From contig NC_092674.1 in NCBI RefSeq assembly GCF_964355755.1, positions 3,720,001 to 3,784,000 of the forward strand: a stretch of 64,000 bases of DNA, written 5' to 3'. Every line of letters starts with the position of its first letter. Within the stretch, counting starts at the first letter, position 1. The position numbers and the translations under genes were made by a program. Positions 37,765-56,838 of the stretch are shown here, in pieces. The DNA is from Antedon mediterranea. Taxonomy: Eukaryota; Animalia; Echinodermata. Under the pieces are notes generated by a model. The model had not been told where the DNA came from. It saw nothing but the letters and a program-made list of their open reading frames with translations, and made no database searches.

Positions 37765-40700
37765 ATGAAGGCGTTACAAGTACTTACAATCACGGCTGGG
37801 GTCGTCTTAGCATTTTACTTCTACACTCCTCTACCAACCCAGCTTGAGAATCCATGGGCATTCAGAGTCGGTCGGTGTGTATTTACAATGATACACAATT
37901 TTGTAAGCGTAATTTCATTTATTTACTATTTATATAGATTTTATTTATATACTATTTGTTTAGATGGTGGCATGGTTTACTGAATGGAGAGGGTCAATAC
38001 ACTTTTCATGATGTCAGATAAACTGGGCGATTAAAGTCCTTTTTTTTTTTTTTGACGAAACGATTCGTGATGGAAAATGTTTTGTTCTCTAGTTAGAATG
38101 TACTCCTCTGCGCTTCGGGTTTGTTTTTTAGTTCAATTTGTGTAAAATCGCATAACTAAAACATTGTATGCAGGAGGCATATGCCTACGTATAAAAGGCC
38201 TAACTTCCAGGACAATCTCGATGTGGTTGCCCTAAATAAAACACACGACAGACTTACTAAAAGGGCCAGAATCGTTACACGGATGACAACGTTGTCAAAT
38301 TTTGCATATATGTTCACTAGGGCATAGAGACTAGAACAATCATAGTTCATAGTTTTGACGTTACAAACATCATCAAATCTAATGATCTGTTTAGTTATTC
38401 TGCACGCCTTATTTACTAAACATTGAACATCACTGTACCCAAAACCAAAATGGTTGTCATATGACCATATATGAAGCATTTTCAAAATGGCAGTCACAAA
38501 AATGATTTGATTCCGGCGATTTTCTGACAAAATGTTATATTAGAGTGAATAGAAACATAGTGTTCTGAGCAGTTTGACTAAAGATTGACGGCGCAATACA
38601 ATCTTTGGTTTGACACCTTTTGGCCCTACTGGTTACCAAGATACAGACCATATTTTTGTTTTTTGCCGCCATTTTGAAAATGCTGCAAATATGGTCATAG
38701 ACAACCATTTTGGTTTGGGTACAGTGTTTTTCGAGTCATTCAAGTGAAATATGTGACATTTCACTCTTCCCCATGGTGTAACGATTCTGACCATAAAACG
38801 TGGTTCACACTAGAACACAACGCAGCGACACAAAGTGCTGTATTGCGTAATCACAAGTGTAAACCGACGGTGCAACAAGGCTGCAAACATGCATGATTTC
38901 ACGCAGAAGGGAGCAAACACAATTATTACAAACTAATGTGTCCATATATGGCCATGAATATGTCATATCACTGCCATATTTGGGCATATCACTACCATAT
39001 TTGGGCAGCAGATCACAATTTTTTGATGAAACTAGTTTGACAGTGTAGACAGAGCTTTATACTGACGCATTATCTCAAACAACATAAATTGTTCACGTCG
39101 TATATTCTTTAGATGTATTTCGATGCGAACTATTTTTACGGCACGAATACGCATCGCATAACGAACAGTGTCCCGCTGCCACCAAAGTACTATAACCAAT
39201 CTGCAATGATGGTCACTTACACAAAGTTTGATGGGGTTCATGTCCAGTTATTCCAACCAATTCTCTATGACAATGATGACAAGTTAGCAGCTGTTATATA
39301 TTTCCACGGTGGAGGTTTCGTTACGGGAGATTCAGGTAGGCCATTTGCATTATTTAACATCACAAATGCATTGCTTTGGGTTCAATGGTTTTGGAGGAGG
39401 TGTTTGGGTGGGTGGGGGGGGGGGGGGGACACACAAAGAGTCTGTACTCTTTGTGTAGCCCTTCCAAAACAATTTAAACCCAGGTGTATAAATGGGAACC
39501 CGGTTAGATCAAGACACAACTTTACGCTGATTACTAGCTGCATTATGGGTGCATGTTTCCATACGTGTTTTATCCCCCCAAAAAATGGGGTAATAATTGT
39601 TCAGCGCTTAGAGGTTTCACAGCATTAGGCGCTATATAAATACAGGATATTATTATTATTATTATATAGGCCTACACCGCAATATCTCTTCTTCGGAGAC
39701 AACAGTACACCTCAATAGTATTAATAGTAGTTCTGAGTGGTTGAGGAACCAGTTATAGTGCATAAAACAATTTACTACAATAACTAAATGTAAAACAGTA
39801 AATCTTGTTTTCATCTTCTTGTTACAGATATAATGTTTGCAAGTTCAAGGCGCATCTGCGAGGAGTTGAATGTTATGGTAGCATCTGTAAAGTGAGATTT
39901 TCTCTAATAAAATAATACTTTTAATACTATGAACACATTTGCCATTTTACTAGGGTGATGTTCAGAAGTGATTTTATACGCCCGCCCGTAAGCGCAGCAG
40001 ACAGTAGAGTAATCGGCGCGTCATGATTACGGTAACTCTTGGAGTGGAGCTGTTTCTTGTCAGCATTAAAGTGTGGTTCCCACTAGAACGCAACGCAACG
40101 ACGTATCGACGCAAAGTGTAATCAGATCACAAGTGGGAACCAACGACACAATAGTGCTGCAAACATCGCAGATTTGGTTTCACGCAGGCGAGAGAAAACA
40201 CAATTATTAGAAGGGCATTTGCTTACGTTGCGTAGATTGCGTTAATAATAATAATAATAAGATTTTTATAGCGCACATACCACTCCAGAGTGCTCAAGGC
40301 GCATTTAAAAATAAAAAAGAAATAAATCATACAAATTCCTGCGTCGCTAGTGGGAACCAAGCTTAACTCTGAGAGTGAAGCTGTTTCTTGTCAGCATTAA
40401 AGCGTGTTTCCCACTGGAACGCAACGACGTATCGACGCTGTATTGCGTAATCAGATCACAAGTGGGAATCGACGACGCAACCGTGGTGCAAACATTAATA
40501 ATAATAATAATAACAGGCTTTTTATAGCGCACATACCACTCAAGAGTGCTCAAGGTGTATTCAAAAAATAAAAACAAATCATACAAATGCCTGACAAATA
40601 AAATGCAATTTCTTTGGAGGGTCCCCATCCGTTCTCGTTCTGTCGCGGTCCCGGACCCCTACCTAGGTGACCAAACAAAGGAGCAGGATACACATTTTCC

Positions 40701-41770
40701 TTGCCACAGACGACCGGGTGCTCAGAGACAACAACCAAGACAGAGGCACCCCAAAGATAATGCTGGTCAGGAAAACATTGAGGTTTGATTTCAAGCAGGC
40801 GGGGGAAAACACAATTAATGGAATGGCATTTTCTCACGTTGCGTATCTAGTGGGAACCAAGCTTAACCAGGATTCGGGAAGCAACAACTCAGCTCACGTG
40901 CTTTGCGATTACGTTCGACATTAAAACACGTTATTATATCGCAATTTCTGTTTTTCTTTCAGCTATCGGTTAGCACCGCAGCACAAGTTTCCAGCGGCGT
41001 TTGAAGATGCATTGAAGGCAACAAAATGGCTTCTTGTGAACGCGAATCAGTATAACGTCAACCCTAACAAAGTAGCGGTGTTGGGGGATAGCTCGGGAGG
41101 GTCGTTAAGCGCAGCAGTCAGTCAATTCATAAAAGATGACCCAAATGTTCCGAATCTTTTATTCCAGGCTCTGATTTACCCCATCACTCAACAAATCGAC
41201 GTCAATTTACCGAGTGCTCAGCAATACCATGCCATAATTGGTAGTGATCGTGGGTTATGTCGACATTCCCATCATGATATTGCCATATACACAACACTAT
41301 ACGCATTTGGAGAGTTCAGAAAAGACTTTTACGAAGCGGTCAAGACTAATAACTTGACGTCACGTGAATTTAGGAAGACGTCACATCTGATGCAGTACGT
41401 TGATCATGACGTCATCCTGAATTCTACTTTTCAAACCGAGTATTACACAAAACCTTCGATGGAATCAGACAACCCCGAACTTTGGAATGATATAAAAGAT
41501 GTTTTATTAGACGTCCGTATGTCGCCGTTGCTAAGAGAAGACATGGGAGGTCTACCCCCGGCTTGGATAGCTACTTGTGAGTTTGACCCTTACCGAGATG
41601 ATGGCATATTGTACGCCAACAGGCTGGTAAATGCCGGGGTGCGAGTCAATTCAATACACTATGAAGGAGGCTTTCACGGCGTGTGGATGCCAGTTTTCAA
41701 TCTACACGTTTACCAGAAAATGTTGAAAGACTTCATAATTTATGCTCATGAACAAATAAATCTTACATAG
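37765..41770 (+). CDS. AADAC: AADAC-like esterase, copy 5 (most divergent, 410 aa)
   Basis: Exons 37765-37902, 39113-39335, 39828-39891, 40963-41770; same intron positions and phases as the other copies; HGGG, GDSSGG, DPYRDDG, FHG. Confidence 0.92.
38431..38726. mobile_element. MITE or inverted-repeat element with about 70-bp TIRs
   Basis: CACTGTACCCAAAACCAAAATGGTTGTC... and ...GACAACCATTTTGGTTTGGGTACAGTG. Confidence 0.6.
39440..39665 (+). mobile_element. 3' part of a SINE/LINE-type retroposon with (ATT)n tail
   Basis: ...CAGCGCTTAGAG...ATTAGGCGCTATATAAATACAGGATATTATTATT; related tails near 45360-45530 (-), 56220-56340 (+), 40245-40330 and 40495-40590 (-), and a 27-bp tandem derivative at 50240-50345. 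Confidence 0.55.
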
Positions 41771-42046
41771 TAAATATTCTTTCTTTTTTACATCACCTTA
41801 AACACTTCAGTGTCAGTCAAGGACTTAAGATCAAGTTGGAAAAGCTCTCGAAAAAAATACGTAAAAGCAGCAGCTGATATAAACTATTTAAAACATTTCA
41901 AAATGTTCGACGTATTTCTAAAATGTAAAATAAATATAAATGAAATTGTCTTGTATATAATGAAAATGTAATTGGTGGCACTTCGTGTTATCATGCTGTG
42001 ACGGCTGGTTGGTTCGATATATCTTGGTCGCGTATGTGAGTGTCCA

Positions 42047-44285
42047 TCAGTACAAATAAAGAAGAAACAGAGTGAATACACACACCAATACTAATACTAT
42101 ACATATTACATCATTCTGATGAGAATTTCGAAAATGGCGATGAAAATCCACCTATAAGACAATAAAAAAACAACTTAAAAACATAACCAAATATTAGAAA
42201 ATGTTTAGATTAAATTTGAATCCATGTTACTTTTGTGGTAGGTTTAAGATTGTTTCTCACTAGGATGCAACGCGATGACTTAAACGCAATGTAAGCGTGT
42301 TGACTAATGAAAAGCGACAGTTCGAATAAGCTCACTTTACGTTGCGGTAAAAAAAGTCATTGTGTTGCGTCTAGTGGGAACCAAGCATTATTAAGGTAAT
42401 ACATAATTGTTTGTTGAATGTTGTCTGGCGTATATGTACCGTACATTTAAATGTATTTAAATGGTTACCAAACTGAACAAACACTCGCTTCTTTTGGTAT
42501 ACTGTTAAATATTGTATAAATGTAATTGTGTAGAAATGTGTATATGAACGTGGACATAAAACAAATTCTAATTCTCATTCATTGGGTTTTGTATTGTTTT
42601 CTGGTTGATTTTTTTACTTTTTAATTCAAGAAAGACAATGGGGTGATTTCACTTACCCATCCTCCGTGTTGTGCGATCCACTTTGCTAGCTTCTTGTCAA
42701 TAAACTGCGTTAGCACCTGTACAATCTCATTGATAGCTACTCCGTTACCGTGTCGTAAACACTCTTGCGATAACGACGCAGCTATACAGAACATTGCCAA
42801 CATTTTTGGCCAAGATATTCCGAATCTAAACAACTCGTTTAATATCGGAATGAGGATACCTTCCAGAGATGTTTTGGTTGTTATTGTGATATTCAACTGT
42901 TTGAAAACGTCTTTGAACAGGCCAGGATAACAGTTGATGAGTTCAGTACCAACTCGCTTGAGTTGGCGCGAAACATCCGTGGACGGGACCGGAAAGCTAT
43001 CAGGGTACATCAATCCGTCCTTCCGTAAGCGATCTTTGATGAATTCTAGGCTAAGTACTTTACCATAGTTTACGATTTCAAGATGAGAAGACACTAAAGG
43101 TAGGCCGGTAACTGTTTAATAATATAAGAAAGGTTATTGGCCAGAAGTTTAGCTCTTGAGTTATTGACCATCACAAACGAAGGATTATTCGAACTGTCGC
43201 GTGTGATTGGACAATTCTTTTGAGTTGGGTCTCTATAGTGGAAGCCTACATTTTTGGACAAATTTCTCTATAAAAGTTTAGTAAATTTAGGCATAGCGTC
43301 ATGGTAATTTTAAACATTGTTTAAAGATGAATATTAATAACCAATTACAGTAATTTAAAATGTTGAACGGAAACATTTCATGAGAAATATAGGCCTACGT
43401 TAAAAAATAATCAAAACGAAATTAAAGTACCAGTAAAAATGGCCCAAATTATCCACTTGATCGATGAGTCGAACCATGACACAAGCTGTCGTTTTTTCGT
43501 CAAACATTTACCAAATAAGGTATTTGTCTTGCGTTTCAAATCATTCTCTAGATGAGCACGTATTATTACAAACGCCGGTCGACGTTGTAGTTTGGTTTTC
43601 CTGTTTAAAAAACATATGGAGAATGTATGAATATTTTATACAAATAGGCGCATAATAAACATTATGATGGTAATTGTCAATTCGATATTAACTCGTAAAC
43701 AATACGGAGCCTATGTAGGCCTACTATTAAGCTTGGTTCTCACTAGAGACGCAACACAAGGACGTAACGTAACGTAAAGCTTGGTTCCCACTAGCAACGC
43801 AACGTAATCTGCGCAACGTAATGAAATGCCCTTTTAATAATTGTTTGTCTGCGTGAAATCAAGCTCCGATGTTTGCAGCACTATTGCGTCGTCGGTTCCC
43901 ACTACGCAATACAACACTTTATGTTATGTCGATACGTCGCTGCGTTGCATTCTAGTGGAAACCACGTTTTAGTGATTTGACCAATTACAAGCGATGAAAT
44001 ATTCAAACTGTCGCTTTTCATTGGTCAACTCGCTTGCGTTGCGTCTACGTTCTTGCGTTGTGTCTCTAGTGGGAACCAAGCTTTGATAATTACAAAATTA
44101 CCCACACATTACTGTAGCCAGATTGACTGAACACAAACAACTAGCAGGTAGGTAGGCCTACACAATAATTGATATAGCAAACGCAGTAAATATGGTGATT
44201 TAACATTACAGCTTACTTCAATTTTACAATACAGTTTTAAAAATGGCAAATAATATTGCTATACTTACCATCCATACACCTGCAT
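42047..44285 (-). CDS. BOK: Bcl-2 family protein, BOK-like (divergent)
   Basis: Exons 44285-44269, 43600-43431 (both tentative), 43111-42657, 42151-42047. BH3-like LKRVGTEL, BH1-like LFRFGISWPKMLAMFCIAASLSQEC (BOK: IFSAGITWGKVVSLYAVAAGLAVDC), BH2 WIAQHGGW with the conserved intron, C-terminal TM VICIVLVLVCVFTLFLLYLY. Confidence 0.8.
43730..44082. mobile_element. Nested pair of Harbinger MITE family B elements (inner 43778-43968)
   Basis: Two sets of AGCTTGGTTCYCACTAG / CTAGTGGRAACCA TIRs. Confidence 0.75.
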
Positions 44286-45639
44286 TATGCGTCAAACAAG
44301 GCCACAATCGCGTGTAAAACTAAATAACGCAAAGTAACGTTCGTAAACGCGTTCGTAAACTGTAAACAACATTAAAGGTATATAGGCCTACTGTATTTTC
44401 AAATATTCCTTTCAAATCTCCTACCAACATAATTCTTATGTTATTATTACTGGTTTATTCATGTCGATTAGGAAGTGGTAGTTACTGGTGGGAATGCCCA
44501 GGTGTTTCAATGTAAATAACGTATAAATATTTAATTACTCTTCAGCTAAATAAACAATGCAGTAAATGGTGTTGAGGAATGCACAGTTAGTGTAATGAAA
44601 TGCAATAATGTACACAATATTTATAATAATTAATAATTAGGGAAATATACATTTGAACAATGCAAACAAATAAAATAAAATGTGTATTTTAGTTGTAATG
44701 TTTAATTTATTTCATGATAAAACAAAATACAGTCACAGTCAATAGTCATTCTTTAGTGTATATATTCAGTTCAAAGATGTATTGTCAAAAACACAAAAAA
44801 TAAAGATTAATTTAAAGAAAAAAGAATAGGCCATTTCACAGTTTCAATAAAATTAATCGCTTTTGTAGGGAAAAAATTATAAAAAAATGTTTCAATTATA
44901 AAAACACGAAATAAACAGTTACATTCAACCAAAAACCCATTGACTTCCAGTCAATTTTTTGCTTTAAATTACAGTAAATATTTGTTGTTTTTGATCCAAT
45001 TTTTGGTCAAACAACTATTAAGTGACATTAAAATGGCATCAACAAAAACAAAACAAAAATATTTTTTTTTAGATTTGGCAGAGGATAATCTTTTACTGCA
45101 TCTTCATTTTTGTCAATGAAACATAAGTATCCAGCCAGTTTTTAAAATTCCAGTTGTAATTATTTCGAACAGACAAATGAACGTCTTTCGAGAGCAGACA
45201 TGAAGGGACCCTTAGGGGGAAGATGATAAAAGTCCATTTGGCCTTCAGATGGTTATCGTATAAAGCACAACTATGTGAAATCCATTAAAAGCGTATCCAC
45301 TTACGTCCATTTTGTGAACTTGCAGACTTTCGGTACTGGTGTTCAGCATCGATATATAGCAAATATAATAATAATATCCTGGATTTATAAAGCACCTAAT
45401 GTTGTGAAATTCCAAGCGCTGTACATATATTATTATCCCGGTCATTTATAGATCAAATACGTAATAATGCAGCTAGTAATCAACACAAAATGTTTTGACC
45501 ATAGCAGGTTCCCATTTGTACACCTGGGTGAAGAGTATTTAGGATCCTCCAATGACCTACATCCGCCCCATCTCCTGTGGCATAAATGGAATCAAGTCTT
45601 ACTCAGGTCGCCACCCATGGAAGGTTATCATAATAACAC

Positions 45640-52906
<7,267 letters not shown>

Positions 52907-52995
52907 TTACAAAAAATCTTGTCATTTAAACAAATTGAATGTCAATAGTTGATTCAAAGTACGCAAAAAAAAAACTGTTATGCACACATTATATG

Positions 52996-53805
52996 TGTTA
53001 TGCGCGATTTGAACGATTTGCGCAATTTGAGATTGCGCAAAAAAATCCTTGCGCAATTTGAAATTGCGCAAAGAATTCTTGCGCAATTTAAAATTGCGCA
53101 AGGATTTTTTTGCGCAATTTCTAATTGCGCAATCAACTTGCGCAATTTCAAATTGCGCAAGAAAATCTTTGCGCAATTTTAAATTGCGCTGCACAATTTG
53201 TAAATTGCGCAAGATAGTTCTTGCGCAATATGACACCTTTGCGCAATTTGAAAACGAACTGTAAATTTTCCCATACATGGCTAGGCTAGGCCTAGGCAGA
53301 GGAGTTTAAAATTTAGTATTTTATTATATAAATAAGACCATTTCAATGAAGATAATGTTTAATACTCACTTTTTAAGTTTTTAATATTAGTTTAAGCTAG
53401 GCCATGTAACCTAGTCAGTATCAGTAGTCCAGACCCTAGCTAGGCTAGAGTAGTATAGCCGGCCGCCCGCGCCGCGCCCGCCTGGTGCCGCCTGGTGGAA
53501 CACCACCGCTTCGTTTTCCTTCGTCGGTTCTTCGACGGTATGCTAGACTTATAACAATATTTGCACTACTAAAATAAGGAAATGCTATATTTATCTTTAA
53601 TTTTGAATCATTCTTAGAAATTACTATAAAAATATGGGTGTGCATGATTTCACAATCTGTCGAAAAACCTTGCGCAATTTGCAGATTACTTGCGCAATTT
53701 AATACGTTGCTTGCGCAATTTGAAACACATGTTTCAATTCAAATTGCGCAAGGATTTTTTTTGCGCATTTTCAAATTGCGCAAATCGTTCAAATCGCGCA
53801 TAACA
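52996..53805. mobile_element. Ginger-like non-autonomous transposon with arrays of TTGCGCAA palindromes
   Basis: TIR TGTTATGCGCGATTTGAACGATTTGCGCAA at both ends, TGT...ACA termini, 4-bp TSD TATG (52992-95, 53806-09). Confidence 0.8.
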
Positions 53806-53809
53806 TATG

Positions 53810-54598
53810 CATCATTGCATGTACCGTATTTATACATCAATCAAGTAATACAATAATTGTTAATTCCTGCAAAATTTTTTGCAAAATTCAAAATTGTGCA
53901 AAAAATTCTCTGAGAAAAAAATGTGTCAAAAAAATATCGATATTGGTAGATAGAGGGCATTATTAAAGTATAATATTACTAGCCTACTACTAGCAGGCCT
54001 AGGCCCTCTAGTAGTCTACCTTGGCCCTAATAATAGTTACTAAAGAAGGCGGCCTAGCCTAGTCTAGTTAGGCCTAGCTAGAGATAGTGTTAAGGAGATA
54101 AATACTCATAGAAACCGGTTCTAGCCTAGCCTAGTATCTTATGTAACTTGTTCTGCAAATTATAACAACACAATCCACACAAAAATGCATATAAAATCTA
54201 AAAAATTGTCGTATCAATCGTGTTCGTGCCAGACATTCTTTCTCATGCTGCAAAACTTTTTCAATATGGGACGCAGGAATCGCCTTCAATTACTGTGGGT
54301 GGGTATTGTTAAAATAACACGTAATACAATTACAATTTCACGATGGCAATAGTGAAAAGGTAAAAAAAATTGTATTATATTTACTTTAATGCTATTTTTA
54401 TTTAAAATATTATTTCGTTTCTGGTGTCGTGGGATGAAAAATGAATTACATAATTCGCTTTCCATACAAAAGTTCCATAACGCACGTTTTTTATTTTTCT
54501 ACTAACCGCGGCGAACATCAGACAAAAACATGATGTAACATCAATCAGAGTGTGCACTCAAGCAAGCAAAGGGCTAGACATTTTTTAAAAGATTTGAA
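53810..54598. promoter_or_regulatory. Probable bidirectional promoter region of EARS2 and DNAJC19
   Basis: Lies between two divergent start codons 1.7 kb apart; inferred from gene orientation, no TSS data. Confidence 0.5.
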
Positions 54599-56618
54599 AT
54601 GGTACGCTAGTTTTGTATTGAAATCCGATTATTAAAAAAACTAGGGTTGTTAGGGAATTATATTAGACACTGATTAAACTAGGGAAAAACTAAGATTATT
54701 AATTGCTCTGAATATATAGATAGATAGCTAGCCAGCCAGGCCTAGCCTACTACTAGGCTAAAGTAAGGACAAGGGACCGGGTAGTATCAGCGGATTCCCG
54801 TCTTAGCTGAGCTAGTCGGGTCGTGTGAAAAACTAGACGGCTAGCCTAGCTAGCCTAGGTATTTAGCTTCAATAGGACAGCATTAAGTATTTACTGATGA
54901 TATTGTTTTCCCCTCCCTCAGTCATCAACATTAATTTTAGCTGGACTGGGCATAGCAGCAGCTGCATATGCTGGTGAGTATTATTCATGCTTTTTATTTT
55001 TACTATTTTTAGTAGAATTATTGTAAATATTTAAAAAATAATTTATACTATTGTTAATGACTAAATCAATCAATAAAAATAAAATCTATTATTATTCAAT
55101 CACAATCAATTGATATCTCTATTATCTATTTGATTTTCTATTATATATCGATCGATTATACACAATCAATCACAATATTATCAATTAATCATCATTCTAG
55201 CCTAGCAATATTGATCAATTCAATCCATGTTACCAATAATTTATAAAGTCTTTTTTAGTAAAGAAAATAATGGATAAATCGTATGTCTTCCACTCCAGTG
55301 ACAGTGAATATGATCTAAATGAGATTTTCAATTATTAATATTTTAACTTAACTTTTTTTAGGTCGCATGGCATTGCAGACAGGAAAGATAGTAGCCTCAA
55401 ATGCCAGTAAAATACCAAAACCGGTAAGTTAATTTATTTCGTATTTTAAATAATTTCTTTTTCTCCATAAGGTAATTCTGTTCACTGAATTACATATGAA
55501 AAATATAAAAAAATTATATCTGAAGTTTTCTTTAAATATGTTTCTTTTATAGAGTTTTTCCAGTTATTACAAAGGAGGATTTGAACCTAAGATGACAAAG
55601 CGAGAAGCAAGCCTAATTTTAGGAGTTAGGTAGGTATACCGTTACCTTGATTGTTAGGTTCACCTAGTAAAATTTAAGGTCTTTCATCAAGCCTAATTTT
55701 AGGAGTTAGGTAGGCATTACTGTTCCCATAGCATTCAATGGCTTGATGGTTAGGGTCACCCAGCATAATTAATACCAAGCCTAATTTTACCTAGCCACCC
55801 ACCACCTTTTTCTCGGCCTCGGCACCCAGCTATCTACACCCACCTATGTACACATACACCCCTGATGTTATCTGTTTAAATGGAACATCTTTACCTGATC
55901 ACTAATAATAATAATCTTTTTTTGCCTTTTGAATGACAGTCCGTCTGCCAACAAACCAAAAGTGAGAGACGCACATCGTAGGATAATGGTATTAAATCAT
56001 CCTGATAGAGGTAAGTGACCTACTGTATGACCTGACCTACGCGTATTACAATCTAGAATCTAGAAAAATTGTGTCAAGGAATCCAGTTAAGCTCTGTCTA
56101 CACTATCAAGCTTTAAGTGAGAAAAAAATGTAATGTGCCCATATATGGACATGATGATGTCATATCACTATCATATTTGGGTACATTCACACTTTTTTTG
56201 TCAAACTAGTTTGATATACCGGAATGGTGTCCGGCGGGGGATAGTTTATTACCATTAGTTAAGGTCCTATGTAAAGCACCTAGAGGGGTCAGTGATCCAT
56301 TAGGCGCTATATAAATACTGTTTATTATTATTATTATTATTCTATAGTGTAGACAGAGCTTTAGGATGCACATCGCGATGTCCATGAGCTCATGTATTAA
56401 CATGACCTACACTAGGCCATAGCAACTCCCTATCTCTCATAACAATAATCTAAAACTATAAGAAAAGATAACATTCCCAGTTACAAACTAAATGAATTGA
56501 ACAGTAAAAAAATGAAGTATTAATTACAAATTGTTTTTTTTTTGTAGGTGGCTCACCATATATTGCTGCAAAAATAAATGAAGCAAAAGAATATTTAGAT
56601 TCTCCTAACAAATCATGA
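54599..56618 (+). CDS. DNAJC19: Mitochondrial import inner membrane translocase subunit TIM14/PAM18 (111 aa)
   Basis: Exons 54599-54601 (ATG only), 54922-54973, 55362-55423, 55553-55629, 55940-56010, 56548-56618; [21 protein letters not shown]...[27 protein letters not shown] with the J-domain HPD. Confidence 0.95.
56090..56360. mobile_element. Harbinger MITE family A interrupted by a retroposon tail (about 56218-56342)
   Basis: Both TIRs present, TTA TSD; right TIR split by an (ATT)n-tailed insert. Confidence 0.75.
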
Positions 56619-56659
56619 TAAAGAATTGATAGACCGACTAATTTATAAAGTACTGTATA

Positions 56660-56838
56660 AAGTGTCTTTCACACCTGTTCTGGCACGGTTCAGGTCCGAC
56701 GCTGGCAATTAAAATTGACCGCCAATGTTTGTTTTCATGATGCTGTACGCGGGTATGCGCCAATTGACATGCGCATAGTCGCATGAAAACAAAGCATTGA
56801 CGCTCGATTTGATTTGCGGAAAAGGTGTGAAAGAACCT
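56660..56838. mobile_element. Harbinger-like MITE just downstream of the DNAJC19 stop codon
   Basis: TIR AGTGTCTTTCACACCT / AGGTGTGAAAGAACCT, TAA flanks. Confidence 0.65.

Noticed and set aside
40546-40924. Overlapping ORFs in intron 3 of AADAC copy 5
   Set aside because: Lie within a duplicated MITE/retroposon composite; no recognisable protein.
52922-53856. LRNLKLRK / AQFEIAQ repeat ORFs
   Set aside because: Translations of TTGCGCAA palindrome arrays in a TIR element.
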